64,000 nucleotides of DNA from Bacillota bacterium (lineage in GTDB: Bacteria; Bacillota; Clostridia; CAKSNL01; HGM11501): NCBI GenBank assembly GCA_030705805.1, contig JAUZPY010000001.1, positions 8,073 through 72,072 on the forward strand, given 5' to 3'. This document shows, one piece after another, positions 46,789-57,960 of this stretch (position 1 is its first letter; each line of letters starts with the position of its first letter). The notes under the pieces were generated by a model. That model made no database searches. It worked only from the letters and a program-made list of their open reading frames with translations, and was not told the DNA's origin. The position numbers and the translations under genes were made by a program.

Positions 46789-47160
46789 TTATTTTTCCTG
46801 CCTCTTAAAAATTTCTAATATACCAAAAACTATAAGCAATACTGCAAATAATTTTCTTAAAAAGCCGCCGTTTACAAGCGCCGATATATAACTGCCACCC
46901 ACAGCGCCGGCAACACCGGCAATTGCAATCAGTGATGCTTTTTTGTAATCAATGGTTTTGTTTTTAATATAAATAATGAGGGCGGAAACAGACGTTGGAA
47001 TAAAAAATACAAGATTAACACCTTGTGCCATATGCTGTTCCAAGCCCAATATTAATGTTAGAGCCGGTATAAGTATAGCTCCTCCGCCAATACCCATTCC
47101 TCCTGCAATACCGGCAATAATACCGGAAATAAAGGCTATCATTTCCTTAACATCCCCCAT
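46789..47160 (-). CDS. TSUP (TauE/SafE, DUF81) transporter, C-terminal 4-TM half
   Basis: 123 aa. GIIAGIAGGMGIGGGAILIPAL is the repeat-unit signature of TauE/SafE proteins. The start overlaps the upstream half-gene by 22 nt. Confidence 0.65.
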   Translation of the reverse strand: MGDVKEMIAFISGIIAGIAGGMGIGGGAILIPALTLILGLEQHMAQGVNLVFFIPTSVSALIIYIKNKTIDYKKASLIAIAGVAGAVGGSYISALVNGGFLRKLFAVLLIVFGILEIFKRQEK

Positions 47161-47486
47161 GCGGAAACAAGCATTAGTATACCGAATATCCTGCTCACAT
47201 ATCTTGTCGGCAGCTTATTTAAAAGCTTAGCCCCGGTAACGCCTCCGATGATACCTCCGGCACCTGCTAAAAAGGATATTTTCCAATCAACAAAACCGTT
47301 AATAAAATACATTGTTATACTTACAATTGAGAGTGCGAGAATAACTCCGACGGTCGTAGCGTGAGCTTGTTTCTTTTCCATATTGCAGAATTTCACAAGA
47401 GCTAAAACGCTGATAACTCCGCCCCCTGCGCCAAACAAGCCGTTTATAAAACCGCAAGCAAGTCCGGTCAATATTAGAGCTGTCAA
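47139..47486 (-). CDS. TSUP (TauE/SafE, DUF81) transporter, N-terminal 4-TM half
   Basis: 115 aa. GFINGLFGAGGGVISVLAL is the repeat-unit signature. The ORF ends where the inter-repeat linker of full-length (~250 aa) TauE proteins would lie. Confidence 0.65.
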   Translation of the reverse strand: MTALILTGLACGFINGLFGAGGGVISVLALVKFCNMEKKQAHATTVGVILALSIVSITMYFINGFVDWKISFLAGAGGIIGGVTGAKLLNKLPTRYVSRIFGILMLVSAWGMLRK

Positions 47487-47671
47487 AGATATCCTCCTTT
47501 AATATTAAAGATGTAATTAATATGTCCTTTATTTTCTTTTCTATTCAAAAAAGCACTTAGCAAAAAAATTGAACGCATAACAAGTAAACATCTGCCGCTA
47601 AAATGAAGTGCACCTTAAAATGTTATATTTCTTGTTTGGCATTTAGAGTCAGGTTCAAAAATCAGCGGCTT

Positions 47672-47706
47672 ACCATACAAAAAGGCTTCGGAAAATCCGA
47701 AGCCTA
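47672..47706 (-). terminator. Rho-independent terminator downstream of yabR
   Basis: AGGCTTCGG-AAAAT-CCGAAGCCT, followed on the minus strand by TTTTTGTATGG. Confidence 0.8.
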
Positions 47707-47733
47707 AAATTTTTCTTTGTTTTTTAATTTTTA

Positions 47734-48165
47734 TTAGAATGTACCGGAAGGCTTTTTATAGCCTGTTCTCCTGGTTTCAGCCGCTTTTTTAACATCCTGC
47801 ATTTTATCGTTAGATTCCTGCTTAAAATGAGCCATCATGTCTTCAAAAGACATGGATTCGCTAGATTTTTGGGAATCAAACTTAATTTCTGCCGGTCTGC
47901 CGGAAAAAACATATTTTCTGCCGGACACTTCTTCAAGAGCCTTCTTAATAGACAGCCCAATCTTTCCTCTGTCGTCAATGGACATAACTTTCACCTTAAC
48001 AACATCGCCGACTTTAAGATGCTCATTAATATCCTTGACATAGCTTCTGGAAACCTCGGATATATGTACTAAACCCGACGATCCGCCCTCTAAGTCAATA
48101 AATGCCCCAAAATTTGTAATACCTGACACTTTGCCTTCAACAATACTTCCAACCTCCAGCACCAT
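47734..48165 (-). CDS. yabR: S1 RNA-binding domain protein (YabR/YugI-like)
   Basis: 143 aa. The N-terminal S1 domain reads VGSIVEGKVSGITNFGAFIDLEGGSSGLVHISEVS. It lies in the conserved yabP-yabQ-divIC-yabR order. Confidence 0.7.
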   Translation of the reverse strand: MVLEVGSIVEGKVSGITNFGAFIDLEGGSSGLVHISEVSRSYVKDINEHLKVGDVVKVKVMSIDDRGKIGLSIKKALEEVSGRKYVFSGRPAEIKFDSQKSSESMSFEDMMAHFKQESNDKMQDVKKAAETRRTGYKKPSGTF

Positions 48166-48215
48166 ACTGAAAAGTTCCCCCTTGTATTTAATTAATAGTT
48201 TTATCCTTGCGGCTA

Positions 48216-48491
48216 TCAGCCGTTAGAATCAACGTATTTTCTTTCATCAGGATAAACCATTCCAAGCTTTTCGCGAGCAATCTTTTCGATAGTCTCCTTG
48301 CTCCCGGCATTTTTAATCTCTACTTTTAAGGATTTACTTTCTTTTTCCGCTTGAGATATCTGGTTTTTTAAATCAGAAATTACTACTTCCTTTTTTCTGA
48401 TAGTGACTTGCTGTGAAACCAGAATCCAAACAAAATACAAAAGCAAAAAAGCTATAATTATGTATTTGTAATTCCACCTTACTGATTTCAT
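48216..48491 (-). CDS. divIC: Septum formation initiator (FtsB/DivIC family)
   Basis: 91 aa with a single N-terminal TM and a coiled-coil region, in the conserved position after yabQ. Confidence 0.7.
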   Translation of the reverse strand: MKSVRWNYKYIIIAFLLLYFVWILVSQQVTIRKKEVVISDLKNQISQAEKESKSLKVEIKNAGSKETIEKIAREKLGMVYPDERKYVDSNG

Positions 48492-48567
48492 GCTATCAAA
48501 GCCTTTCCTGATATTGGCTCTATTATATACCCTGTTTTTGAAATTGTAAAGAAATTTTTATCAGAAA

Positions 48568-49077
48568 TTATGCTTTTTTTAATCTTTTTATTAACTGGTT
48601 TTTAGAATTTTTAAATAAAAAGAAAATATTTCCTGTTAAGCGTCTTACCTTTTGATAAACTTTCAGTATAGGTACATGTATTATTAGTGCCGTCTTTCTG
48701 GAAATCTTTATAAAAGCTTTAATAGGATAAAGCAGTATTTTTATTATAAATTTCAATACTTTTTTAATTAATGTTAAAGCAAATAAGGAAGCCTTGACAA
48801 GGATTGCACTTAATAATGTAAAATAAAGTCCTGCGCCCGAGCATACCGCCAGCAGTTCAAACCACCTGATTTCTCCGTCATTTACCGTATAAAGCCAATA
48901 TGCCGAAAAAATAGTGGCGGCAATCCAGAACAAGGCATCGCATATATTTGTCAAAGCCGCTTTTGCGTTAAAAAATCTCCGTATTATTCTGAATGCATCA
49001 AAAAGCAGGCCCAGTGCCGCTCCTCCAGCAAAGCATAGAAGAAACACGCCGGCCTGCCCACCCATATCCGTTCCCAT
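48568..49077 (-). CDS. yabQ: Spore cortex biosynthesis protein YabQ-like membrane protein
   Basis: 169-aa hydrophobic protein between yabP and divIC. Assignment is by synteny. Confidence 0.55.
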   Translation of the reverse strand: MGTDMGGQAGVFLLCFAGGAALGLLFDAFRIIRRFFNAKAALTNICDALFWIAATIFSAYWLYTVNDGEIRWFELLAVCSGAGLYFTLLSAILVKASLFALTLIKKVLKFIIKILLYPIKAFIKISRKTALIIHVPILKVYQKVRRLTGNIFFLFKNSKNQLIKRLKKA

Positions 49078-49086
49078 ATCCTTAAA

Positions 49087-49383
49087 CTACTTAAATAATT
49101 TGTTAAAGAAGCCGGATGCAGAAGGTTTTTCGGTATCGCTGTATAAGCAGGAGTCTACCAGCCCATCAACTGTTACTTCTCCGGTTTCAAGGCTAAGCTT
49201 GTTAATGTGCATTCCGGAACCCTTAATATAAAGAGTGCCCATTGTTGTTTTTAAAATAATACTTGATTCATCAAAACTGTCAACTTCTTCAACACCGCAA
49301 ACGCTAACCTTTTTTCTATCTTCCATAATTATATTATGTACTATATTACTCTTTGTCTGTGTTGTTTTTCTTTCTTCTATCAT
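49087..49383 (-). CDS. yabP: Sporulation protein YabP
   Basis: HNIIMEDRKKVSVCGVEEVDSFDESSIILKTTMGTLYIKGSGMHINKLSLETGEVTVDG matches the YabP family (H..M..R..V.VTGV..V.SFD...I). The start is taken at MIEERK. Confidence 0.8.
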   Translation of the reverse strand: MIEERKTTQTKSNIVHNIIMEDRKKVSVCGVEEVDSFDESSIILKTTMGTLYIKGSGMHINKLSLETGEVTVDGLVDSCLYSDTEKPSASGFFNKLFK

Positions 49384-49430
49384 AACAAGACCTCCTTTAT
49401 ACAAAATGTATGAAGAAGGTCTTTAAAATA

Positions 49431-52262
49431 TTACTTTAAAATATTCTTTAAATACTTACCCGTATAGGAGCCCAGAACTTTGGCAACCTGTTCGGGTGTT
49501 CCGCAGGCTACAATCTCCCCGCCTTTGTCGCCGCCTTCAGGCCCTAAATCAATAATATAGTCTGCGGTTTTTATTATATCCAAATTGTGTTCTATTACTA
49601 TTGCACTATTACCTGAATCAACCAGCCTTTGAAGTACGTAAATAAGCTTGTGTACATCAGCAGTATGAAGTCCTGTAGTAGGCTCGTCCAAAATATAAAT
49701 GGTTTTGCCGGTAGGTCTTTTTGAAAGCTCTGTTGAAAGCTTTACTCTCTGTGCCTCTCCTCCCGACAATGTTGTTGACGACTGCCCTATTTTTATATAG
49801 CCCAGCCCAACATCGTATAAGGTTCTCAGTTTCCTTTCGATTCTTGGAATATTGCTGAAAAAGTTCATTCCTTCTTCAACTGTCATCTCAAGAACCTCAT
49901 ATATGTTTTTGCCTTTATATTTAACTTCCAATGTTTCTCTTGAATAACGCTTGCCCTTGCATACTTCACACGGAACATATATATCGGGAAGAAAATGCAT
50001 TTCGATTTTTATAATGCCGTCACCTGAGCACGCCTCGCACCTGCCCCCTTTTACATTAAAGCTGAATCTGCCGGGACCATACCCTCTTGTCTTTGCATCG
50101 TTGGTTGCAGCAAATACATTTCTTATATCTCCGAATATTCCGGTGTAGGTTGCGGGATTGGATCTGGGCGTCCGCCCTATGGGAGACTGGTCAATATTTA
50201 TGACCTTATCCAGATATTCTATTCCTTCTATATTTTTATGCTTTCCGGGCATATCTTTAGTTGCGCCGTTAAGCTCCCTTGCCAAAGTCTTCTCCAAAAC
50301 CTCGTTTATAAGAGATGATTTTCCGGAGCCGCTGACCCCGGTTATACAAACGAACTCACCCAAAGGTATATTAACATCAATATTTTTAAGATTATTTTCT
50401 TCTGCACCGACTATTTTAAGTAATTTACCGTTTCCTTCTCTCCTTTGTTCGGGAATTTCAATTTTCTTTCTCCCTGAAAGGTAATCACCCGTAATTGAAT
50501 TTAAACAGTTCTTAATATCAGAAACAGTTCCCTGGGCCACGACTTCACCGCCGTGAATACCCGCTCCCGGCCCGATATCAACAATATAATCCGCAGCATA
50601 CATTGTGTCCTCATCGTGCTCTACAACAATTAAAGTATTGCCCAGATCACGCAGACTGCAAAGAGCTGATAAAAGCTTGTCGTTATCTCTCTGATGGAGA
50701 CCGATAGAAGGCTCATCCAAAATATACAATACTCCGGTTAGCCCGGAGCCAATCTGAGTTGCCAGGCGTATTCTCTGTGCTTCTCCTCCGGATAACGTAC
50801 CTGCTGTCCTGGATAAAGTCAGGTAATCCAATCCGACATTTACCAAAAATCCCAGTCTGGAATTAATTTCTTTTATAATTTGAACTGATATCATTTTATC
50901 TTTTTCATTTAGCTTAAGATTATTAATAAACTCTCTTTCTTTTAATACGGACATACTGCAAAGTTCATTTATGTTAATTCCGCCTACAGTTACCGCCAAA
51001 GCTTCTTTTTTAAGTCTCTTCCCCCGGCAGGACCTGCATGGTTTTTGACTCATCAAAGCTTCATATTGAGCTTTCATGTATTCAGATGTTGTTTCCTGGT
51101 AGCGTCTTTCAAGGCAAGGTATTATGCCTTCAAAGGATTTACGAAATGTGTGTACACTTTGTGAATCTCTGCCGGTATATTTAATGTCAAGCATTTCTCC
51201 GTCATTTCCGTAAAATAACATGTTTAAAGCTTCATCCGAAAGCTCTTTTATCGGAACAGATAAATCAAATCCATATTTTTCTTCCAGTGCTTTATACAGA
51301 GCATAAGTAATACTATCAACAGAGGACCCGTCCCAGCCTGTTGCTATAATACCTCCGTTATATATGGACTTATTCTTATCATTTATTATCCTATTAGGGT
51401 CAATTTTAAGTAGAAACCCAAGTCCCGTACATTCCGGACAAGCTCCGAAAGGACTGTTAAATGAAAAAAGCCTAGGCTCTAATTCCTCTATATTGATGCC
51501 GCATTCATGGCAGGAATAATTCTGGCTGAATATTAATTCTTCACCGCCAATTACGCTTACTATAACAAGACCACCGGCCATTTTAAGACCGGTTTCCAAA
51601 GAATCGGTAAGACGCTGGGTTAAATCAGGCTTTATTACAAGCCTGTCAATAACAATTTCAATGTTATGCTTTTTTTGTTTATCCAGCTTGATTTCATCTT
51701 CAAGCATATAAACCTCACCGTCAACACGCGCCCTGACAAAACCATTCTTTGCCGCATCTTCAAGTATTTTTACGTGTTCACCCTTTTTCCCTCTGATAAC
51801 AGGACTTAAAATTTGTATTTTTGTGCCTTCGGGGAGCTCTTTGATTTTATCGGTTATCTGATCAATTGTCTGCTGCTTAATTTCTTTGCCGCAGTTAGGA
51901 CAGTGAGGAACGCCTATTCTGGCATATAAAAGTCGCAAATAGTCGTAAATTTCCGTTACCGTGCCAACTGTGGAACGAGGATTGCGGCTTGTGGTTTTCT
52001 GATCTATAGATATTGCCGGCGACAATCCCCCTATATAATCCACATCAGGCTTTTGCATCTGACCTAAAAACTGACGTGCATAAGAAGAAAGGGATTCAAC
52101 GTAGCGCCTCTGCCCCTCTGCATAAATGGTGTCAAAAGCAAGAGAAGACTTGCCTGAACCTGACAAACCCGTAAAAACTATCAGCTTATCTCTGGGTATT
52201 GTAAGGCTTATGTTTTTTAAGTTATTTTCTCTTGCTCCTTCAATTACAATTTTATCGTTTGC
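49431..52262 (-). CDS. uvrA: Excinuclease ABC subunit A
   Basis: Two ABC modules ([12 protein letters not shown]; [12 protein letters not shown]) and zinc-finger Cys clusters. The start is taken at [18 protein letters not shown], since the tracked 5' extension overlaps uvrB. Confidence 0.95.
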   Translation of the reverse strand, partial: ANDKIVIEGARENNLKNISLTIPRDKLIVFTGLSGSGKSSLAFDTIYAEGQRRYVESLSSYARQFLGQMQKPDVDYIGGLSPAISIDQKTTSRNPRSTVGTVTEIYDYLRLLYARIGVPHCPNCGKEIKQQTIDQITDKIKELPEGTKIQILSPVIRGKKGEHVKILEDAAKNGFVRARVDGEVYMLEDEIKLDKQKKHNIEIVIDRLVIKPDLTQRLTDSLETGLKMAGGLVIVSVIGGEELIFSQNYSCHECGINIEELEPRLFSFNSPFGACPECTGLGFLLKIDPNRIINDKNKSIYNGGIIATGWDGSSVDSITYALYKALEEKYGFDLSVPIKELSDEALNMLFYGNDGEMLDIKYTGRDSQSVHTFRKSFEGIIPCLERRYQETTSEYMKAQYEALMSQKPCRSCRGKRLKKEALAVTVGGININELCSMSVLKEREFINNLKLNEKDKMISVQIIKEINSRLGFLVNVGLDYLTLSRTAGTLSGGEAQRIRLATQIGSGLTGVLYILDEPSIGLHQRDNDKLLSALCSLRDLGNTLIVVEHDEDTMYAADYIVDIGPGAGIHGGEVVAQGTVSDIKNCLNSITGDYLSGRKKIEIPEQRREGNGKLLKIVGAEENNLKNIDVNIPLGEFVCITGVSGSGKSSLINEVLEKTLARELNGATKDMPGKHKNIEGIEYLDKVINIDQSPIGRTPRSNPATYTGIFGDIRNVFAATNDAKTRGYGPGRFSFNVKGGRCEACSGDGIIKIEMHFLPDIYVPCEVCKGKRYSRETLEVKYKGKNIYEVLEMTVEEGMNFFSNIPRIERKLRTLYDVGLGYIKIGQSSTTLSGGEAQRVKLSTELSKRPTGKTIYILDEPTTGLHTADVHKLIYVLQRLVDSGNSAIVIEHNLDIIKTADYIIDLGPEGGDKGGEIVACGTPEQVAKVLGSYTGKYLKNILK

Positions 52263-54210
52263 CATTATTTTCACCTTTAATTCTATTAATTCTGTCACGA
52301 AGCTTAGCTGCATCTTCAAATCTTAGCTGGGAAGCAGCAATTAACATTTCTTTTTCCAATATCTTTAACATGCCTTTATTATCGGGTTTTTCATTCGGCT
52401 TATCTTCGGCCGGCTTTACAGCCTCTATGACCTCTCTTACAGATTTTTTAATGGTTTTCGGAGTAATACCATGCTCTTTATTGAATTCTGACTGAATATT
52501 CCGTCTTCTTTCCGTTTCGTCAATAGCTGTTTTCATTGAATCGGTGACCTTATCGGCATACATTATAACCGTACCTTCTGAATTACGTGCAGCTCTCCCC
52601 ACTGTTTGAATAAGTGAGGTTCCGCTTCTTAAAAAGCCTTCTTTATCCGCATCAAGTATAGCAACAAGAGAAACTTCCGGCAGATCCAGTCCTTCTCTCA
52701 AAAGATTAATTCCAATAAGCACATCAAATACGCCAAGTCTCAAATCTCTTATTATTTCCATTCTCTCTAATGTTTCAACTTCCGAATGCATATAACGCAC
52801 CTTTATGCCCAGAGTTCTCATGTGGTCTGTAAGAGCTTCGGCCATTTTCTTTGTAAGTGTTGTTACTAGTACCCTTTCTCCCTTTTGGGCACGTTTATTT
52901 ATTTCACCTACAAGGTCATCTATCTGCCCACTAACGGGGCGTACTAAAATTTGAGGATCAAGAAGGCCTGTGGGTCTTATTACCTGCTCAACTATTTGTG
53001 CTGAATGCGACCGTTCGTATTCAGCCGGAGTAGCTGATACGTATATGGCCTGATTAACTCTTTCCTCAAACTCCGCAAAAGACAATGGCCTGTTATCAAA
53101 TGCACTGGGCAGTCTGAAACCATAATTAACCAGATTTTCTTTTCTGGAACGGTCTCCGGCATACATTGCTCTAATCTGCGGTATAGTAACGTGAGCTTCA
53201 TCAATAACTAATAAAAAATCGTCGGGAAAATAATCAATAAGAGTATAAGGAGCGCTTCCGGAAAGCCTCTGGCTGATATGTCTGGAATAGTTTTCAATAC
53301 CCTGACAAAATCCTATTTCCTGAAGCATTTCAATGTCGTATCTTGTACGCTGTTCGATTCTTTGAGCTTCTAAAAGCTTTCCTTCTGATTTAAATTCAGC
53401 AATTCTTTTTTCTAATTCGTCCTCAATATCTGCTATTGCCTTTTGTAATTTTTCTTTATTTGTAACGTAATGTGATGCAGGATATATTGCCACATGACTG
53501 CGTATTCCAAGCAGTTCGCCGGTTGTAGTATTTATTTCACAAATTCTTTCAATCTCATCACCGAAGAATTCCACTCTTATAGCTTTCTCGTTTTCCTGTG
53601 CGGGGAAAATTTCAACAATTTCTCCTCTTACCCTAAACTTGTTTCTTGTAAAGCTAATATCATTCCGTTCATATTGAAGTTCAACAAGCCGCATGAGAAG
53701 TTCGTTTCTTTCAATTTCCATTCCGGGGCGAAGTGAAATTACCATGCTCTGATAATCCTCCGGATCACCTAAGCCATATATACACGAAACACTTGCGACA
53801 ACAATAACATCCCGCCTCTCAAAAAGAGACATTGTGGCGCTGTGCCTCAGTTTATCTATTTCCTCATTTATTGAGGCGTCTTTTTCTATAAATGTATCAG
53901 TCGAAGGCAGATAAGCTTCCGGCTGATAATAATCGTAATAGCTTATAAAAAATTCAACTGCATTTTCCGGAAAAAACTCTTTAAATTCCGAACACAGCTG
54001 AGCGGCTAATGTTTTATTATGAGCTATTACTAAAGTAGGTCTATTTACTTTTTCTATAACTTTTGCTATGGTAAAGGTCTTACCGGAACCGGTTACGCCA
54101 AGCAAAGTCTGGCCCTTGTCGCCGGCATTTAATCCATCCGCAAGAGCCTCTATAGCCTTAGGCTGATCGCCCGCAGGCTGATATTCGGATACTACTTTAA
54201 AATCAGGCAT
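52252..54210 (-). CDS. uvrB: Excinuclease ABC subunit B
   Basis: 652 aa with the N-terminus [20 protein letters not shown], Walker A ([10 protein letters not shown]) and the C-terminal UVR domain ([16 protein letters not shown]). Confidence 0.95.
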   Translation of the reverse strand: MPDFKVVSEYQPAGDQPKAIEALADGLNAGDKGQTLLGVTGSGKTFTIAKVIEKVNRPTLVIAHNKTLAAQLCSEFKEFFPENAVEFFISYYDYYQPEAYLPSTDTFIEKDASINEEIDKLRHSATMSLFERRDVIVVASVSCIYGLGDPEDYQSMVISLRPGMEIERNELLMRLVELQYERNDISFTRNKFRVRGEIVEIFPAQENEKAIRVEFFGDEIERICEINTTTGELLGIRSHVAIYPASHYVTNKEKLQKAIADIEDELEKRIAEFKSEGKLLEAQRIEQRTRYDIEMLQEIGFCQGIENYSRHISQRLSGSAPYTLIDYFPDDFLLVIDEAHVTIPQIRAMYAGDRSRKENLVNYGFRLPSAFDNRPLSFAEFEERVNQAIYVSATPAEYERSHSAQIVEQVIRPTGLLDPQILVRPVSGQIDDLVGEINKRAQKGERVLVTTLTKKMAEALTDHMRTLGIKVRYMHSEVETLERMEIIRDLRLGVFDVLIGINLLREGLDLPEVSLVAILDADKEGFLRSGTSLIQTVGRAARNSEGTVIMYADKVTDSMKTAIDETERRRNIQSEFNKEHGITPKTIKKSVREVIEAVKPAEDKPNEKPDNKGMLKILEKEMLIAASQLRFEDAAKLRDRINRIKGENNGKR

Positions 54211-54252
54211 AACATTCTCCTATTATTTTTCTGTTCCATTTATTATGAAGCA

Positions 54253-54921
54253 TTACTGTTTCTTTGTCAAGGCACGCTTTGGGCAATACCTCATACATAT
54301 TCCACATACAGCTCCGCGCCCGATATCTTTAAAATTATTTTTCATATATTCACTGCATTTTTGGGCATCGAAAAATTCAAGAAAATTTATCTCTTTATGC
54401 CATGCTTGTCCACTTATAGCCTCCGACGGACACATTTTACTGCAAATAAGACAATCGCCGCATTCATCCTTGTAATCGTGCTTAGATACTGGCAACTCCA
54501 TATCAGTAAAAACAGTGCATAGTCTAACGCAAGGTCCAAATTCATATGATATAAATAATGCGTTTTTACCGATCCAGCCAAGGCCGGAATCCACGGCTGC
54601 TTTTTTATGTGAAAACAGCCCTTTGTATTCCGATATGCTTTGTGAAGCAGGTATATTTGCAGCATTATATCCTGATTTTTGAATTTTAATAATAGTTTGG
54701 AGTGCAATACTGTCAAGCAAAGTGTTTACTGCCCTGTAATGGTGAAAGTAAGTTTTTGTAGGGGCTTTTTCATCAATTTGATCAATTATGGCATCAGATA
54801 ATTTGATACCAAAAGTTATAGCATAATTTAAACCTTCAAAGGGCGTATCTTCCTGATAAGATACACCGCAAAATGATGCTCCGGAATCCAAAATAAAAGG
54901 TTTGATTATATTATTATACAT
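54253..54921 (-). CDS. Short QueG-like 4Fe-4S protein (epoxyqueuosine-reductase family core, lacking the C-terminal HEAT-like region)
   Basis: 222 aa. GLGWIGKNALFISYEFG, CGDCLICSKMCP and CGICMRYCP align with the QueG catalytic core (GIGFSAKNCMITTPEYG, CGSCTKCLDACP, CDTCQTVCP). Confidence 0.55.
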   Translation of the reverse strand: MYNNIIKPFILDSGASFCGVSYQEDTPFEGLNYAITFGIKLSDAIIDQIDEKAPTKTYFHHYRAVNTLLDSIALQTIIKIQKSGYNAANIPASQSISEYKGLFSHKKAAVDSGLGWIGKNALFISYEFGPCVRLCTVFTDMELPVSKHDYKDECGDCLICSKMCPSEAISGQAWHKEINFLEFFDAQKCSEYMKNNFKDIGRGAVCGICMRYCPKRALTKKQ

Positions 54922-54988
54922 ATTTTATCTCCTTTTTATTGCACGGGAAGAATAATTATGGTATAATTATCTTTAAGGGGGTGACGAT

Positions 54989-55516
54989 GTGCCCGAATAT
55001 TTTTTTGACGGTTCTACCGATATAAAACTTATTATACTATTTGTTACGACAAATTTCAAGCGTCCTGTTTCAATATCCGATATTACCGATATAGCTATCT
55101 CCCACGGTTATGCCGACTATTTTTCTATGACCCAAAATCTTTCGGAATTGGAGGTCAACGGCTTAATAACATCAGCCAATGAAGCAGGTAAATATATATT
55201 AACATCAAAAGGTCACGATGCATTGCAAATTTTTTCTGATGAATTGCCATTTACCGTTCGTGAAAAGCTTTTAAATTCCATAATACAAGCTAAAAGAAAG
55301 GAAAACGAATCCTCTTCAATCATAGCCGAATATAAAAAAGGGGATGATTTTAAGTATACGCTGTTTTGTGAAATAATTGAGCTGGGAACACCTGTATATT
55401 CTATGTCTGTTGTTTTGCCTACCGAAGAATCGGCAAGAATTGCAGCTAACAGATTCAAGGCAAGGGCAAGTGAAATTTACAGCCAATTAATAAAAACTCT
55501 CACTGATGAAAAATAA
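54989..55516 (+). CDS. Hypothetical cytoplasmic protein (possibly DUF4364-like; winged-helix-like N-terminus)
   Basis: 175-aa clean ORF with a downstream terminator. No catalytic motif and an uncertain family assignment. Confidence 0.4.
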   Translation: MPEYFFDGSTDIKLIILFVTTNFKRPVSISDITDIAISHGYADYFSMTQNLSELEVNGLITSANEAGKYILTSKGHDALQIFSDELPFTVREKLLNSIIQAKRKENESSSIIAEYKKGDDFKYTLFCEIIELGTPVYSMSVVLPTEESARIAANRFKARASEIYSQLIKTLTDEK

Positions 55517-55539
55517 GAATTATTATTGTGCATAATGAC

Positions 55540-55572
55540 GAAGCCGCTTTCAAAAAAGCGGTTTTGTTTTAA
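55540..55572 (+). terminator. Rho-independent terminator
   Basis: CCGCTTT-CAAA-AAAGCGG followed by TTTTGTTTT. Confidence 0.7.
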
Positions 55573-55620
55573 CATTGTGTAATTTTTAACAATTTAAATA
55601 AAAAAAATAATTAAATTTTG

Positions 55621-55649
55621 TTGACGGTTTTTTCAAATTATAATATACT
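55621..55649 (+). promoter_or_regulatory. Sigma-A-type promoter for serC-serA
   Basis: TTGACG (55621-55626), a 17-nt spacer and TATACT (55644-55649), 33 nt upstream of the serC start. The RBS is GGAGGGG. Confidence 0.55.
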
Positions 55650-55681
55650 TTATTAAATAGTTAAAAAATGGAGGGGTATAA

Positions 55682-56764
55682 ATGGATAGAGTTTACAATT
55701 TTTCAGCAGGACCTTCAATGTTGCCGCTTCCGGTGCTTGAAAAAGCACAGGCAGAAATGTTAAACTGCAACGGATCAGGTCAGAGTGTTATGGAGATGAG
55801 TCATCGTTCCAAGGACTTCACACCTATTATTGAAGGCGCCGAGTCACTTCTTCGTGAGGTTATGAGCATACCTGATAATTACAAGGTATTGTTTCTGCAA
55901 GGCGGCGCATCAAGCCAGTTTGCTATGGTTCCTATGAACCTCTATACTGAAAAAAAGAAAGCCGACTATGTAATTACCGGACAGTGGGCTAAAAAAGCAT
56001 ATGCAGAAGGCAAGCGTTACGGAAATGCAAGAGAAGTTGCTTCAAGTGCTGATAAAACTTTCTCATACATACCAAAACTTGATAAGTCGATGTTTGATCC
56101 GGATGCGGATTTTGCTCACATCTGTATGAACAATACAATTTACGGCACAAGATATACAACTATACCCGACACAGGAAGCGTTCCTTTGGTTGGCGATATA
56201 TCTTCTATGATATTGTCACAGAAGATTGACGTTTCAAAGTTTGGGATGCTTTATGCCGGTGCGCAAAAAAATGTTGCTCCCGCAGGATTAACCATTGTGA
56301 TTATACGTGAAGATTTACTTGGTCATGCAATGGATATCACTCCGACAATGTTTAACTATGTAACCCATACAGAAAATGGTTCAATGTTCAACACACCTCC
56401 CTGCTATCCAATCTATATTTGTAAGCTTGTTTTGGAATGGCTTAAAGATTTGGGCGGAATAGAAGCAATGGAGAAAATTAATATAGAAAAGGCTTATATG
56501 CTTTACGATTTCCTTGATAATTCAAAGATGTTTAAAGGTACTGTTGTTTCCGAAGATCGTTCTCTTATGAATGTTCCTTTTATAACAGGCAATGAAGAAC
56601 TTGATGCTAAGTTTGTTAAAGAATCTAAAGCATTAGGTTTTGTAAACCTTAAAGGGCACAGATCCGTTGGCGGTATGAGAGCCAGCATTTATAATGCAAT
56701 GCCGGCCCAAGGTGTTAAGGCATTAATTGAATTTATGAAAAAATTTGAAATGGAAAATAAATAA
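55682..56764 (+). CDS. serC: Phosphoserine aminotransferase
   Basis: 360 aa with the N-terminus NFSAGPSMLP and PLP-fold motifs typical of SerC. Confidence 0.9.
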   Translation: MDRVYNFSAGPSMLPLPVLEKAQAEMLNCNGSGQSVMEMSHRSKDFTPIIEGAESLLREVMSIPDNYKVLFLQGGASSQFAMVPMNLYTEKKKADYVITGQWAKKAYAEGKRYGNAREVASSADKTFSYIPKLDKSMFDPDADFAHICMNNTIYGTRYTTIPDTGSVPLVGDISSMILSQKIDVSKFGMLYAGAQKNVAPAGLTIVIIREDLLGHAMDITPTMFNYVTHTENGSMFNTPPCYPIYICKLVLEWLKDLGGIEAMEKINIEKAYMLYDFLDNSKMFKGTVVSEDRSLMNVPFITGNEELDAKFVKESKALGFVNLKGHRSVGGMRASIYNAMPAQGVKALIEFMKKFEMENK

Positions 56765-56780
56765 TTGAGGTGGATTCTTA

Positions 56781-57941
56781 GTGTATAATATACTTGCTTT
56801 AAATAAAATAGCAGCTTGCGGCTTAGAAAAACTCGGTTCAAACTATAATATATCAGATAATTGTGAGAACCCTGACGGTATAATCCTTAGAAGTTTTAAA
56901 ATGCATGACATGGAACTGCCGGATAATCTCAAAGCAGTAGCAAGAGCCGGTGCAGGTGTTAATAATATTCCTATTGATAAATGTACGGAAAAAGGTATTG
57001 TGGTTTTTAATACTCCGGGCGCTAATGCAAACGCTGTAAAAGAGCTTGTTATAGCTGCTCTGTTCCTTACTTCAAGAGACATCGTAGGAGGTGTTAACTG
57101 GGCAAAGACTCTTATCGGTGAAGGTGACAATGTTCCTGCTTTAGTTGAAAAAGGTAAAAGCCAGTTTGGCGGTGTGGAAGTTTCAGGGAAAACACTTGTA
57201 GTAATTGGTCTTGGCGCTATAGGAACTATGGTTGCAAATACAGCATATCGTCTCGGAATGGATGTAGTTGGTTATGACCCATTCCTTTCAATTGAAGCTG
57301 CTCTTCACTTAGACAGACACGTTTCTATTGCCGAAGATATTGAAAAGGCTTGTGCTAAAGCTGATTATATTACAATTCATATGCCTCTTAACGGTGAAAC
57401 GAAAGGCCAGTTTAACAGCAAACTTTTCGATAACATGAAAGATGGGGTTCGTTTCCTTAATTTTTCAAGAGGCGAATTAGTTGACATCGAAAGCCTTAAA
57501 GAGGCTCTTGACAACGGAAAAATCAGCGTTTATATTACAGACTTCCCCAATGAAGAAGTTATTAAGATGAATCACACAATATGTATTCCCCACTTAGGTG
57601 CTTCATCTGAGGAATCGGAAGACAATTGTGCTGTTATGGCAAGCAGAGAGTTAAGAGATTATTTAGAAAACGGTAACATTACAAACTCCGTTAATTTCCC
57701 AAATTGCTCTCTCGCGCGCGCCGGTCTTCCAAGAATAACTGTTACTCATAAAAATGTCCCCGCTATGATAAGCGCATTTACCACAATTTTAGGTGAAGCC
57801 GGTATAAATATTGAAAATATTATCAATAAGAGCAATAAGGAATTAGCCTACACAATAATTGATGTAGCAACCGCTCCCAATGACGCAATAATTGATAAGA
57901 TTAAATCCTTAGGCGGAGTTTTAGGCGCACGTGTTCTGTAA
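56781..57941 (+). CDS. serA: D-3-phosphoglycerate dehydrogenase
   Basis: 386 aa with a GTG start, an NAD-binding motif (GLGAIGTMVA), the catalytic His/Glu region and a C-terminal ACT-like domain. Confidence 0.85.
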   Translation: MYNILALNKIAACGLEKLGSNYNISDNCENPDGIILRSFKMHDMELPDNLKAVARAGAGVNNIPIDKCTEKGIVVFNTPGANANAVKELVIAALFLTSRDIVGGVNWAKTLIGEGDNVPALVEKGKSQFGGVEVSGKTLVVIGLGAIGTMVANTAYRLGMDVVGYDPFLSIEAALHLDRHVSIAEDIEKACAKADYITIHMPLNGETKGQFNSKLFDNMKDGVRFLNFSRGELVDIESLKEALDNGKISVYITDFPNEEVIKMNHTICIPHLGASSEESEDNCAVMASRELRDYLENGNITNSVNFPNCSLARAGLPRITVTHKNVPAMISAFTTILGEAGINIENIINKSNKELAYTIIDVATAPNDAIIDKIKSLGGVLGARVL

Positions 57942-57960
57942 AAATCCGTAAAAAGTATAT

